A DNA stretch of 64,000 bases from positions 100,603 through 164,602 of the forward strand of contig JAIESL010000002.1 of assembly GCA_019746095.1 (NCBI GenBank), read 5' to 3'. The notes under the pieces were generated by a model that worked only from the letters and a program-made list of their open reading frames with translations, was not told the origin of the DNA and did no database searches. Shown here one piece after another: positions 19,060-30,435 of this stretch (positions are counted from its first letter, which is position 1; each line of letters opens with the position of its first letter). The DNA comes from Caulobacteraceae bacterium. Lineage in GTDB: Bacteria; Pseudomonadota; Alphaproteobacteria; Caulobacterales; Caulobacteraceae. The translations under genes were made by a program, and so were the position numbers.

Positions 19060-19793
19060 TCGTCTATCCCGCCATCGACCTGAAGGGCGGCATCTGCGTG
19101 CGGCTGATGCATGGCCGCTTTGATCAGGTCACACGCTATGACGACGATCCCGCCGCCCGCCTCGCCGCCTTCGCCGCCGCGGGCGCGACCTGGGCCCATA
19201 TCGTCGATCTCGACGGCGCCGAGGCCGGGCGCGCGGTCCAGCACGCCCTGATCGGAAGCCTGGCCCGCGCCGTGGACATCCGCATCCAGTCCGGCGGCGG
19301 GGTCCGCTCCGCCGACGATGTCGCGGCCCTGATCGACGCCGGTGTGGCGCGGGTCGTGGTCGGCTCGCTGGCCGTGTCGCAGCCGGAGACCGTGGCCGAC
19401 TGGCTGCGTCGCTTCGGCCCCGACCGCATCACCCTGGCCATCGACGTAAAGGCCGACGGCGACCGCTGGATCCCGGCTCTCAAGGGCTGGACCGAGGCCG
19501 CCGGGGTCGACCTCTGGACCGCGCTCGACCGCTTCCCGCCCAACCTCGCCCGCCACCTGCTGGTCACCGATGTCGGCCGCGACGGGGCCCTGACCGGCCC
19601 CAATCTCGACCTGCTGGGCGAGATCATCCGCCGCCGTCCCGACCTGAACGTCCAGGCCTCGGGCGGTGTCGCCTCGGTCGCCGACCTCACCGCTGCCGCC
19701 GCCCTCGGCTGCCACGGAGCCATCGTCGGCCGCGCCCTCTACGAGAACCGCTTCACCCTCGAAGAGGCCCTTGTGGCCGAAGGAGCGGCATGA
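19056..19793 (+). CDS. hisA: ProFAR isomerase
   Basis: PAIDL, HIVDLDGA, GGGVR, TDVGRDG and SGGV motifs. Confidence 0.95.
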   Translation: MIVYPAIDLKGGICVRLMHGRFDQVTRYDDDPAARLAAFAAAGATWAHIVDLDGAEAGRAVQHALIGSLARAVDIRIQSGGGVRSADDVAALIDAGVARVVVGSLAVSQPETVADWLRRFGPDRITLAIDVKADGDRWIPALKGWTEAAGVDLWTALDRFPPNLARHLLVTDVGRDGALTGPNLDLLGEIIRRRPDLNVQASGGVASVADLTAAAALGCHGAIVGRALYENRFTLEEALVAEGAA

Positions 19794-20557
19794 CCGCGCG
19801 CCGCATCATCCCCTGCCTCGACGTCCGGGACGGCCGGGTGGTCAAGGGCGTCCGCTTCGAGGGGCACGTCGACATGGGTGACGCCGCCGACCTCGCCGCC
19901 CGCTACCGCGACCAGGGTGCCGATGAACTGGTCTTCTATGACATCACCGCCAGCCCCGAGGGCCGGACCCTCGACTATGGCTGGGTCCGCGACATCGCCC
20001 GTCTGCTCGACATCCCCTTCAGCGTCGCCGGCGGGATCCGTTCGGTCGACCAGGCCGCCCTCTGCCTCGACCACGGGGCCGACAAGGTGTCCATCAACTC
20101 CCCCGCTCTCGAACGCCCCGACCTCATCGGCGAGATGGCCGGTCGCTTCGGCAGCCAGTGCGTCGTGGTCGGCGTCGACTCCCGCCGCTCGGGCGAGGAC
20201 TGGGTCGTGCACCAGTATACCGGCGACCCCACCGCCAGCCGCGCCGCCGGTCGCCGCACCCTCGACTGGATCACCGAGGCCCAGGGTCTCGGCGCCGGCG
20301 AGATCGTGCTCAACTGCATGGACGAGGACGGCGTTCGCCGCGGCTACGACATCGCCCAGCTGGCCGCCGCGCGCGCCCTTCTGACCATCCCGCTGGTCGC
20401 CTCGGGCGGGGCCGGTGCGGCCTCGCATTTCCGTGACGTCTTCGAACAGGCCGACGTCTCCGGTGCCCTCGCCGCCAGTGTCTTTCACACCGGGACCCTG
20501 ACGATTCCCGATCTCAAGGCGTTCCTATCGGAGTCCGGACAGGAGATGAGACTGTGA
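19790..20557 (+). CDS. hisF: Imidazole glycerol phosphate synthase, cyclase subunit
   Basis: RRIIPCLDV, ADELVFYDITAS, DKVSINS, DEDG...GYD and ALAASVFH motifs. Confidence 0.96.
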   Translation: MTARRIIPCLDVRDGRVVKGVRFEGHVDMGDAADLAARYRDQGADELVFYDITASPEGRTLDYGWVRDIARLLDIPFSVAGGIRSVDQAALCLDHGADKVSINSPALERPDLIGEMAGRFGSQCVVVGVDSRRSGEDWVVHQYTGDPTASRAAGRRTLDWITEAQGLGAGEIVLNCMDEDGVRRGYDIAQLAAARALLTIPLVASGGAGAASHFRDVFEQADVSGALAASVFHTGTLTIPDLKAFLSESGQEMRL

Positions 20558-21192
20558 TCGACCCCGCCACCCTCGATTTCGCCAAGTCAGGCGGCCTGAT
20601 CCCGGTCGTCGTCCAGGATGCCGCCACCCTGCAGGTGCTGACGCTCGCCTACATGGATCGCGCCGCCCTGGATGAAACCCTCGCATCCGGCGAGGCCACC
20701 TTCTTCTCGCGCTCGCGCGGCGGGCGCTGGCGCAAGGGCGAGACCTCGGGCGACCGCCTGCACCTCGTCTCCATCACCCCAGACTGCGACGCCGACTCCC
20801 TCGTCCTCAAGGTCCGCCCTGTCGGCCATGCCTGCCACCTGAACCGCATCAGCTGCTTCGGCGCGGAGGACGCGCCCGGACTCGGCCGTCTGGCGCGACT
20901 GGAAGCCACCATCGCCGAGCGCGCCGCCGCTGATCCTTCTGAAAGCTGGACCGCGCGCCTGCTCGCGGAGGGCGTCAAACGCGTCGCCCAGAAGGTCGGG
21001 GAAGAGGGGGTGGAGACCGCCCTCGCCGGCGTCGCGGGCCCGGATTCGGAACTGGCATCGGAAGCCGCGGATCTGGTCTACCATCTGATGGTGCTGCTGC
21101 GCGCCCGTCACATGGTGTTTCAGGACGTCCTCGACGTCTTGGCGCAGCGCGCGGAAGCGGCCAGACACAACCCCGGTCCAGCCGGGACCTGA
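20554..21192 (+). CDS. hisIE: Bifunctional phosphoribosyl-AMP cyclohydrolase/phosphoribosyl-ATP pyrophosphatase
   Basis: W.KGETSG, DCDAD, ACH....SCF, then KVGEEGVE and EAADLVYH motifs. Confidence 0.95.
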   Translation: MIDPATLDFAKSGGLIPVVVQDAATLQVLTLAYMDRAALDETLASGEATFFSRSRGGRWRKGETSGDRLHLVSITPDCDADSLVLKVRPVGHACHLNRISCFGAEDAPGLGRLARLEATIAERAAADPSESWTARLLAEGVKRVAQKVGEEGVETALAGVAGPDSELASEAADLVYHLMVLLRARHMVFQDVLDVLAQRAEAARHNPGPAGT

Positions 21193-21206
21193 TTGAAGGA
21201 GAGCCC

Positions 21207-22659
<1,453 letters not shown>

Positions 22660-22667
<8 letters not shown>

Positions 22668-23379
22668 GGCCTCACCCGCCCTCGAAGTCCTTGCCGACGG
22701 CACGGCCTGGGCGGATGCCTGCGCCGACCGCCTCACCGACGCCCTGTCCACCGCCCTCGCCGGGACCGGCCGGGCGGTCTTCGCCGGCTCCGGCGGCTCG
22801 ACCCCGGCCCCGATCTATCGCCGTATGGCTCAGGCGAGCCTCGACTGGTCACGCGTCGCCGTCACCCTGATCGACGAGCGCTATGTTCCCGAATCCTCGC
22901 CGGACTCGAACGCGGCCCTGATCAAACAGACCCTGCTGACCGGCCCGGCCGCGGCCGCCCGGTTCGTGCCCCTCTTCCATCCGGCCGTTACGGTCGACCG
23001 CGCCGCTGCCCTGGCGGCCCGGGCGCTGGCGGCCGAGGGCGGCAGACTCGACGCCGTCCTCCTCGGCATGGGCGAGGATGGCCATATCTGTTCCATGTTT
23101 CCCGACAGCCCGACGCTGAAGACCCTGCTCGCCCCCACCCTGAAGCCGACGGTCCTGGGCGTGCCCCACGGTCGCGACGGTAGCGCCCCAGGCCTTGAGC
23201 GACTGTCGATCAACCTGCCCTATCTGATGACTGCCCGGCGCGTCGTCCTGGCGATCAGCGGCACCGCCAAACGCGCCGTGTTCGAACGCGAGGCCGCAGG
23301 CGATCCGGCGACGCAGCCGATCGCAGCCCTGATCGCAGCGAGGGTCCCGCTCGACATTCTGTGGACTGAGAAAACCTGA
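22660..23379 (+). CDS. pgl: 6-phosphogluconolactonase
   Basis: SGGSTP, DERYVP, LGMGEDGH and RLSI motifs; ATG at 22660. Confidence 0.92.
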
Positions 23380-25271
23380 TGCCGAAGCTCCATCCTGTTG
23401 TGGCCGAGGTCACCGCCCGTATCGTCGAACGCTCGCGGGAGACACGGGCCGACTATCTGCGTCGCATGGACGCCGCCGGCACCTCCGGCGTCGGCCGGGC
23501 CAAGCTGTCCTGCGCCAACTGGGCCCACGCCTTCGCCGGCGCCCCGGTCAAGGACAAGCTCAACGCCATGTCCGGGACCCAGCCGAACGTCGGCGTGGTC
23601 ACCGCCTACAACGACATGCTGTCGGCGCATCAGCCGTTCGAACGCTTCCCGCAGATCATCCGCGATGCCGTGCGCGACCTGAACGCCACCGCCCAGGTCG
23701 CCGGCGGTGTGCCCGCCATGTGCGACGGCGTCACCCAGGGCCGCCCCGGCATGGACCTGTCGCTGTTCAGCCGCGACGTCATCGCCATGTCCACCGCCGT
23801 GGCCCTGACCCATGACGCCTTCGACTCGGTGGTCTGTCTCGGCGTCTGCGACAAGATCGTGCCCGGCCTGTTCATGGGCTCCCTCGCCTTCGGCCACCTG
23901 CCGGTCGTCTTCGCCCCGGCCGGCCCCATGCCGTCAGGCATTCCCAATGCCGAGAAGGCCCGCGTTCGCGCCGAATATGCGCAAGGCAAGGTCAACCGCG
24001 AAACCCTGCTGGAGAGCGAGATCGCCAGCTACCATTCGCCGGGCACCTGCACCTTCTACGGCACCGCCAACTCCAACCAGATGATGATGGAACTCGGCGG
24101 CCTGCACCTGCCCTCCACCGCCTTCGTCCACCCGGAGACCGGCCTGCGCGACGCCCTGACGGTGGCGACGGCCAAACGCGCCGTCGAACTGGCCCGCAGC
24201 GGCCAGGGCCGGATGGCGGACGTCGTCTCGGAAAAGTCGGTCGTCAACATGATCGTCGCCCTGCTGGCCACGGGCGGCTCGACCAACCACGCCATCCATC
24301 TGGTCGCCATGGCGCGGTCGGCGGGCGTGCTGATCGACTGGACCGACCTGGACCAGCTGTCCTCGGTCACCCCGCTTCTGGCCCGCATCTATCCCAACGG
24401 CTCGGCGGACGTGAACGCCTTCCAGGCCGCCGGCGGTGTCGCCTTCGTCGCCCGCGAACTGGCCGGTGCCGGCCACATCCACTCCGACGTCATCACCGTC
24501 ATGGGCGAGGGCATCCATCACTATTTCCAGGAGCCGATGCTGGTCGACGGTGCCCTGGTCTGGAAAGACGGTGTCACGGAAAGTCTGGATACGGATATTC
24601 TCCGCCCCGCCTCCGATCCGTTCGACCGCGAGGGCGGCCTGCGGCTGGTCCAGGGCGACCTCGGCCGGGCGGTGATCAAGGTCTCGGCGGTCAAGCCGGA
24701 GAACCGGATCGTCGAAGCGCCGGCCGCCGTGTTCGAAACCCAGGAGGATGCGCTCCAGGCCTTCAAGGACGGCAAGCTGAACCGCGACGTGGTCGTCGTC
24801 CTGCGCTTCCAGGGCCCCCGCGCCAACGGCATGCCCGAGCTGCACAGCCTGTCGCCGGCCCTGTCCGTGCTTCAGGACAAGGGCTTCAAGGTCGCCTTCG
24901 TCACCGACGGCCGCATGTCCGGGGCCTCGGGCAAGACCCCGGCCGCGATCCATGTATCGCCCGAGGCCCTCGCCGGCGGTCCGCTGGCCCATGTCCGTGA
25001 CGGCGACATCATTCGCCTGGACGCCGATGCGGGCGTCCTGACCACCATCGGCGTGGCCGACTTCGCCGCCCGTCCGGCCGCCGTCCGCTCGGTAGCCCAG
25101 GCCACGGGCGCGGCCTGGGGCTATGGCCGGGAACTGTTCGGTGCCTTCCGCCAGAGGGTCGGCACGGCCGAGGCCGGTGCCTCGATCTGTTTCGACTCCC
25201 CGACCGGCGGACCGGCCCGGGCCGACACACCACCGAACGCCAATCTCGTCGACCGCACGATCGACGCCTGA
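23379..25271 (+). CDS. edd: Phosphogluconate dehydratase
   Basis: [33 protein letters not shown] and [10 protein letters not shown] motifs. Confidence 0.96.
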   Translation: MPKLHPVVAEVTARIVERSRETRADYLRRMDAAGTSGVGRAKLSCANWAHAFAGAPVKDKLNAMSGTQPNVGVVTAYNDMLSAHQPFERFPQIIRDAVRDLNATAQVAGGVPAMCDGVTQGRPGMDLSLFSRDVIAMSTAVALTHDAFDSVVCLGVCDKIVPGLFMGSLAFGHLPVVFAPAGPMPSGIPNAEKARVRAEYAQGKVNRETLLESEIASYHSPGTCTFYGTANSNQMMMELGGLHLPSTAFVHPETGLRDALTVATAKRAVELARSGQGRMADVVSEKSVVNMIVALLATGGSTNHAIHLVAMARSAGVLIDWTDLDQLSSVTPLLARIYPNGSADVNAFQAAGGVAFVARELAGAGHIHSDVITVMGEGIHHYFQEPMLVDGALVWKDGVTESLDTDILRPASDPFDREGGLRLVQGDLGRAVIKVSAVKPENRIVEAPAAVFETQEDALQAFKDGKLNRDVVVVLRFQGPRANGMPELHSLSPALSVLQDKGFKVAFVTDGRMSGASGKTPAAIHVSPEALAGGPLAHVRDGDIIRLDADAGVLTTIGVADFAARPAAVRSVAQATGAAWGYGRELFGAFRQRVGTAEAGASICFDSPTGGPARADTPPNANLVDRTIDA

Positions 25272-25287
25272 TGCAGAGGACGCCTGA

Positions 25288-26259
25288 ATGACCGTGGCCT
25301 GGGACCGTACCCTTCTCGTCGGCGACGTCGGGGGAACCAACGCCCGCTTTGCCCTGGCCCATATGGTCGAGGGTCGGCCGGTGCTTGAGCACCATCAGAG
25401 CTTCCCGGCGTCGGAGCATCCGACCTTCCTCGGCGGGGTAAAGGCCTTCATCGACGGCTGCGACATCAAGCCGACGGGCGGAGTCCTGGCCGTGGCCGGG
25501 CCTGTCACGGACGGGTCCATCGACCTGACCAACTCGCCCTGGCGGGTGTCCGAGGCCGAACTCCAGACCCTGGGCCTCAACCCCGTCCGCCTGATCAACG
25601 ATTTCGAGGCCCTGGCCTGGGGTGCGCCGGTCGTGCCGTCTGACCAGCTGGCCTCCCTCGGAGGCCCCGCCGCCGGCGATCCCCATGCGGCCATCGCCGT
25701 GCTCGGGCCCGGCACCGGCTTCGGCGTCTCGGCCCTGGCCCGCGACCACCAGGGACGGGCGATCGCCATGCCGACCGAGGGCGGACACGCCTGTTTCGCC
25801 CCGGGAGATCCCGTCGAGGACGAGATCCTGCGCATCCTGCGCCGTCGTTATGATCGCGTCTCGATCGAGCGATTGATCTGCGGACCCGGCCTGTTGAACA
25901 TGCACCGGGCCCTCGCCGAGATCGACGGACGCGAGACCCATATCGACGACCCGGCCCAGATCACCGCCGAGGCGCTGGAAAACCCCAACAGCCACTGTGG
26001 CGCGACCCTGGCCCGGTTTTGCGCCATCCTCGGGGCTGTGGCCGGCGACATCGCCCTGACCACCGGTGCCCGTGGCGGCGTCTATATCGCCGGTGGCATC
26101 GCGCCGCGCATCCTGCCCTTCCTCAAGGCCAGCCCCTTCCGCGAGCGGTTCGAACGCAAGGGCCGGTTCCAGGACTATATGGCGGCCATCCCCACGAAGG
26201 TGATCCTGCACAAGCACGCCGCCCTGCTGGGTGCGGCGCAGGTCGCCTTCGCCTCCTGA
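25288..26259 (+). CDS. glk: Glucokinase
   Basis: DVGGTNAR, INDFEA, GPGTGFG, EGGH and GGIAP motifs. Confidence 0.95.
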   Translation: MTVAWDRTLLVGDVGGTNARFALAHMVEGRPVLEHHQSFPASEHPTFLGGVKAFIDGCDIKPTGGVLAVAGPVTDGSIDLTNSPWRVSEAELQTLGLNPVRLINDFEALAWGAPVVPSDQLASLGGPAAGDPHAAIAVLGPGTGFGVSALARDHQGRAIAMPTEGGHACFAPGDPVEDEILRILRRRYDRVSIERLICGPGLLNMHRALAEIDGRETHIDDPAQITAEALENPNSHCGATLARFCAILGAVAGDIALTTGARGGVYIAGGIAPRILPFLKASPFRERFERKGRFQDYMAAIPTKVILHKHAALLGAAQVAFAS

Positions 26260-26293
26260 AGCCGCGGTTCCAGCACTTTTTCTCACGCGCCCG

Positions 26294-26318
26294 TGAACCC
26301 GCCGGGCGGGGCAGCGTT
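26294..26318 (+). promoter_or_regulatory. SigT/EcfG-type general-stress promoter candidate
   Basis: TGAAC-N16-CGTT, ending 30 bp before the lipoprotein ATG. Confidence 0.55.
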
Positions 26319-26348
26319 ATGGGGTCTCCACTCTGGAAGGACACCCTC

Positions 26349-26612
26349 ATGCGTAAATTCATCCTCGCCGCCGCCGCCACCTTCGCCGTCGCCGGCCTCG
26401 CCGCCTGCGGCGAAAGCGCGGCCGACAAGACCGCCGAGGTCCAGGCCGACGCCCTGGAACAGCAGGCCGCCGTCGCCCCGACCGAAGCCGCGGAAACGGC
26501 CCTCAACGAAAAGGCCGACACCATTGAGCAGCAGGCGGGCAATGCGGACGGTGGCATGACCACCGAAAACACCCCGAACACCTCGCCGTCGGCCGCCAAC
26601 CCGGCCCAGTAG
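26349..26612 (+). CDS. Small acidic Ala-rich lipoprotein
   Basis: RBS GAAGGA; MRKFILAAA...LAAC lipobox. Confidence 0.85.
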   Translation: MRKFILAAAATFAVAGLAACGESAADKTAEVQADALEQQAAVAPTEAAETALNEKADTIEQQAGNADGGMTTENTPNTSPSAANPAQ

Positions 26613-26661
26613 GGCAGAACGACCGGGGCCTCATGAACCCCGGTTCCATCAGAACGGTCAG

Positions 26662-26688
26662 CCCCCGTCGCACTCGCGGCGGGGGTTT
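26662..26688. terminator. Terminator hairpin between convergent genes
   Basis: CCCCCGTCGC-ACTC-GCGGCGGGGG followed by TTT. Confidence 0.6.
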
Positions 26689-26697
26689 CCCTTGCCC

Positions 26698-27501
26698 TCA
26701 GAGCTTCTTCGGCGGCCAGGGAATGAAGGCGCTGGTCCGGCGGACATAGTCAGCATAGCCCGGCCGCGTGCCGTGAATGACCTTTTCCGTGATGCCGATC
26801 CCCGACCATTTGGTCAGGGTAAAGGTCAGGAACAGCGGCCCCGCAATGGCCCACACTCCCGGTCCGGTCTCGGCCGCGATCAGGAACAGCCCCCACCAGA
26901 CGCAGGCGTCGCCGAAATAGTTGGGATGGCGGGTGTATTTCCACAGGCCGGTGTCCAGCACCTTGCCCTTGTTCGCCGGGTCGTTGCGGAAGGCCGTCAG
27001 CTGGGCGTCGCCGATGCTTTCGAAACCGATGCCGATCACCGCCAGCACCGCCCCGGTCCAGCCGATCCAGCCCACGGCCGGCTCAATGGCGACCTGACCC
27101 AGTTGCACCGGCAGGGAGGTCAGCCAGGCCAGCACAGCCTGCGGCACAAACACCACCAGCAGCGCCGTCTTGCCGAAGCCCCAGCCGCGGTTGGTTTCCA
27201 TCCGGGCCAGCAGATTCAGATACCGGCCATCAGCCCCGTGCGCGCGCCAGCGGCGATAGAGGTGCCAACCCAGCCGCAGGGCCCAGATCGCGACCAGCCA
27301 CATCAGCAGCCATTTGCGCGTCGGGTCACCTTCGGTCCGCGGGAAGGTGATGAGGGCCAGAAACAGCATGGCCATGGGCCAGACGGCGTCGATGAAACTG
27401 ACGTCCCTGACCTTCAGGGAAACCAGCCAGAGGCCGGTCATCACCGCGATGATGAGGGCGAGGTTCAGGCCCAGCAGGGCGAGGATGTCAGTCAGGCTCA
27501 T
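26698..27501 (-). CDS. DUF1295 (steroid 5-alpha-reductase-like) membrane protein
   Basis: D.SFID..W, DGRY and GLWKYTRHPNYFGD motifs. Confidence 0.9.
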   Translation of the reverse strand: MSLTDILALLGLNLALIIAVMTGLWLVSLKVRDVSFIDAVWPMAMLFLALITFPRTEGDPTRKWLLMWLVAIWALRLGWHLYRRWRAHGADGRYLNLLARMETNRGWGFGKTALLVVFVPQAVLAWLTSLPVQLGQVAIEPAVGWIGWTGAVLAVIGIGFESIGDAQLTAFRNDPANKGKVLDTGLWKYTRHPNYFGDACVWWGLFLIAAETGPGVWAIAGPLFLTFTLTKWSGIGITEKVIHGTRPGYADYVRRTSAFIPWPPKKL

Positions 27502-27542
27502 GGGTCAGGAACGTCCGTGGCGAAGGAGCGGATGCAGGGCAG

Positions 27543-27935
27543 TCAGTCGACGCAGAGGGTGGCCTCGGCCTTGCCGCCCTCGACCGTTGTATAGCAGCCG
27601 AACCGGCTGCTGTTGACCTGGCATTGGCCGACGACATTGGTCCCGGCGGTCGGGGCGTTGGCGACGTCCTCGACGCGGCAGTCACCGGCACAGTCGTCGC
27701 CGTCGGTGCAGCGCCGCCCGGCGTCGGCATAGGTGATCACACAGCGCACCGACTGCATCCGGCCCTGCGGCAGCATCTTGCCGCCGGCCGCCGCACAGGC
27801 GGCCGCATCCTCGGTTCCGGCGACCGACCGGACCGCCGGAGTGACCTCGGCCAGGTCGGTCTTTCCGCCGTCCGCCGGCAGGGGCTGGCAGGCCGCCGCC
27901 AGCAGGGCCGTCGCTGCGATCAGTATGCGTTTCAT
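27543..27935 (-). CDS. Cys-rich lipoprotein
   Basis: LAAAC lipobox plus 8 further Cys; ATGA overlap with the hmgA stop. Confidence 0.8.
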   Translation of the reverse strand: MKRILIAATALLAAACQPLPADGGKTDLAEVTPAVRSVAGTEDAAACAAAGGKMLPQGRMQSVRCVITYADAGRRCTDGDDCAGDCRVEDVANAPTAGTNVVGQCQVNSSRFGCYTTVEGGKAEATLCVD

Positions 27936-29230
27936 GTCACCTGGCCCTTTTCGAAGCCCGTCCAGACGTCGTCGTAGTCCAGCTGCATGGTCGGTGAGGT
28001 TTGTGCCCATTCCGTGGTCCGGATCGGGGCGCGGGTCTCGAACATGAAGGCCAGGGTGTTCTCGATCTTCACCGGCTTGAGTTCGGCGGCCACCGCCTTG
28101 TCATAGCTGGCCTGGTCCGGCCCGTGGCCGCTCATGCAGTTGTGCAGCGAGGCCCCGCCCGGCGCGAACCCGCCCTCCTTGGCGTCATATTCGCCGGTCA
28201 CCAGCCCCATGAATTCGCTCATGACGTTCCGGTGGAACCACGGCGGGCGGAAGGTGTCCTCGCCCACCATCCAGCGCGGCGGGAAGATGACGAAGTCGCA
28301 GTTGGCCGTCCCCGGCGTATCCGACGGCGAGGTCAGGACGGTGAAGATCGACGGGTCCGGATGGTCGAAACTGACCGTGCCGATCGTGTTGAACCGGGCG
28401 GTGTCGTATTTGTACGGGGCATGGTTGCCGTGCCAGCCGACCACATCCAGCGGCGAATGCTGGAAGGTCGTGGTCCACAGCCGGCCGCCGTATTTCTGCA
28501 CGCACTCGGTCGGCCGGTCGATGTCCTCGAACGCCGATACAGGCGTCTGGAAATCGCGATGATTGGCCAGGCCGTTCGAGCCGATCGGCCCGAGGTCCGG
28601 CAGGCGGAACAGCGCGCCGTAGTTCTCGCAGACATAGCCGCGGATCGGCCCGGAACATTCGACCCGGAACCGCACACCGCGCGGAATGACCACGATCTCG
28701 CCGGGCCGCGCGTCGATCCGCCCCATCTCGGTGATGAAGGCCTGATCTCCCGACTGCGGTACGATCAACAGCTCGCCGTCGGCGCAGTAGAAGACGCGAT
28801 CGACCATCGACCGGTTGGCCGCATAGAGATGGATGCCGACGCCCGACAGGGCCTCCGCATCGCCCGTCCCGCCATAGGTGACCAGCCCCTCGACCCAGTC
28901 GGTCGGCGCGGTCGGCAGCGGCAGGGGATCCCAGCGCATCCGGTTCGGCGACGGCGGCGCGTCATGGAACGGCCCGGTCCGCACCAGCCCCTGGGCGAAC
29001 GGTCGATACGCCGGATGCTGGGCGCTCGGCCGCAACCGGTACAGCCAGGACCGCCGGTTCTCGCTGCGCGGGGCCGTGAAGGCCGTCCCCGACAGCTGTT
29101 CCGCATACAGCCCCATCGGCACCCGCTGCGGCGAGTTGCGGCCCTCCGGCAGGGCACCGGGCACGGCCTCGGTCGCGAAATGATTGCCGAAGCCGCTCAG
29201 ATAGTGAGGCGCGTTGGTTCGCGTCGTCAT
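27932..29230 (-). CDS. hmgA: Homogentisate 1,2-dioxygenase
   Basis: [36 protein letters not shown] and AFMFET motifs. Confidence 0.97.
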   Translation of the reverse strand: MTTRTNAPHYLSGFGNHFATEAVPGALPEGRNSPQRVPMGLYAEQLSGTAFTAPRSENRRSWLYRLRPSAQHPAYRPFAQGLVRTGPFHDAPPSPNRMRWDPLPLPTAPTDWVEGLVTYGGTGDAEALSGVGIHLYAANRSMVDRVFYCADGELLIVPQSGDQAFITEMGRIDARPGEIVVIPRGVRFRVECSGPIRGYVCENYGALFRLPDLGPIGSNGLANHRDFQTPVSAFEDIDRPTECVQKYGGRLWTTTFQHSPLDVVGWHGNHAPYKYDTARFNTIGTVSFDHPDPSIFTVLTSPSDTPGTANCDFVIFPPRWMVGEDTFRPPWFHRNVMSEFMGLVTGEYDAKEGGFAPGGASLHNCMSGHGPDQASYDKAVAAELKPVKIENTLAFMFETRAPIRTTEWAQTSPTMQLDYDDVWTGFEKGQVT

Positions 29231-29311
29231 GGTCAGAGTCTCCCTGGCCCCCGATCTAGGACAGGCCGGACCGATTGGCCACTCCGGCTTGCACCGGAGG
29301 CATCGACGTCA

Positions 29312-30430
29312 TCAGAACCCCTGGGCCCGCGCCATCCGCTCCTGATGGAACCCCGCGTCCCCGAGCAGTTCGTTGAGGACCCGCACCCGCTTCATGAACA
29401 GGCCGACGTCGTATTCGTCGGTCATGCCGACGCCGCCGTGCATCTGCACCGCCTCCTGCACCGCCAGTTCGGCGACGCGCCCGGCCTTGGCCTTGGCGAC
29501 CGAGACGATCAGACCCGCATTCTCCCGCCCGGCGTCCAGCGCCGTCAGCGCCCCCATCACTGCCGCCCGCGCGATCTCGATCTCGCTGAACAGATGGGCC
29601 GAGCGGTGCTGCAGCGCCTGGAACTCGCCGATCAGCTTGCCGAACTGTTTGCGGGTGCGCAGATAGGCCATCGTGGTTTGGAAGGCCTGATCCCCCGCCC
29701 CGTTCAGCGACGCCGCCGCACAGGCCCGGCCGAGGTTCAGCGCGCCCTCCAGCAGGGCCTCGCCGCCGTCGACCGACCCGATCACCGCGTCCGCATCGAC
29801 CTCGACATCCGTCAGCGTCACCCGCGCCGCATTGTGCGCATCGACCATGACCGTCCGCTCGATTCCGACCCCCGCCGTCTTCGGATCGACGAGGAACAGC
29901 GACAGCCCGTTCTCGGTCAGGGCCGCCACGATCAGCGCATCCGCCACATGGCCGTCCAGCACGAACCCCTTGGCCCCGTTCAGCTTGAAACCGTTGCCCG
30001 ACCGCTCGGCCACAGTCGCGATCCGCGACGGCGCGTGTTTGGCACCCTCGTCCACAGCCAGCGAGACGATCGCCTCGCCCGCAGCGATCCGCGGCAGCCA
30101 GGCCGCCTGCTGTTCAGCCGAGCCGCCCTTGAGCACCGTCGCCGCCAGTACGCCCGAACCCAGGAAGGGCGAGGGCGTCAGGGTCCGGCCCAGCGCCTCG
30201 GCCATCACCCCCGCCTCGACTGCGCCGAGGCCCGAGCCGCCGTGTTCCTCGGGGATGATGACCCCCGCGAACCCCATCTCGCCAAAGGCCCGCCACAGGT
30301 CGCGGGAGACGCCGTCGGCGTCCCTGGAGTCGCGCAGTTTGCGCAGGTGCGCGATCGGCGCGTGTTCATTGAGGAAGCCGTCAGCGGCCTCCTTCAGCAT
30401 GGTCTGTTCTTCAGTCAGAATCAGGGGCAT
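29312..30430 (-). CDS. Acyl-CoA dehydrogenase family protein
   Basis: R.QFG..IG.FQALQH and Q.HGGVG.T.E motifs; start MPLILTEEQ. Confidence 0.92.
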   Translation of the reverse strand: MPLILTEEQTMLKEAADGFLNEHAPIAHLRKLRDSRDADGVSRDLWRAFGEMGFAGVIIPEEHGGSGLGAVEAGVMAEALGRTLTPSPFLGSGVLAATVLKGGSAEQQAAWLPRIAAGEAIVSLAVDEGAKHAPSRIATVAERSGNGFKLNGAKGFVLDGHVADALIVAALTENGLSLFLVDPKTAGVGIERTVMVDAHNAARVTLTDVEVDADAVIGSVDGGEALLEGALNLGRACAAASLNGAGDQAFQTTMAYLRTRKQFGKLIGEFQALQHRSAHLFSEIEIARAAVMGALTALDAGRENAGLIVSVAKAKAGRVAELAVQEAVQMHGGVGMTDEYDVGLFMKRVRVLNELLGDAGFHQERMARAQGF

Positions 30431-30435
30431 GGGCT

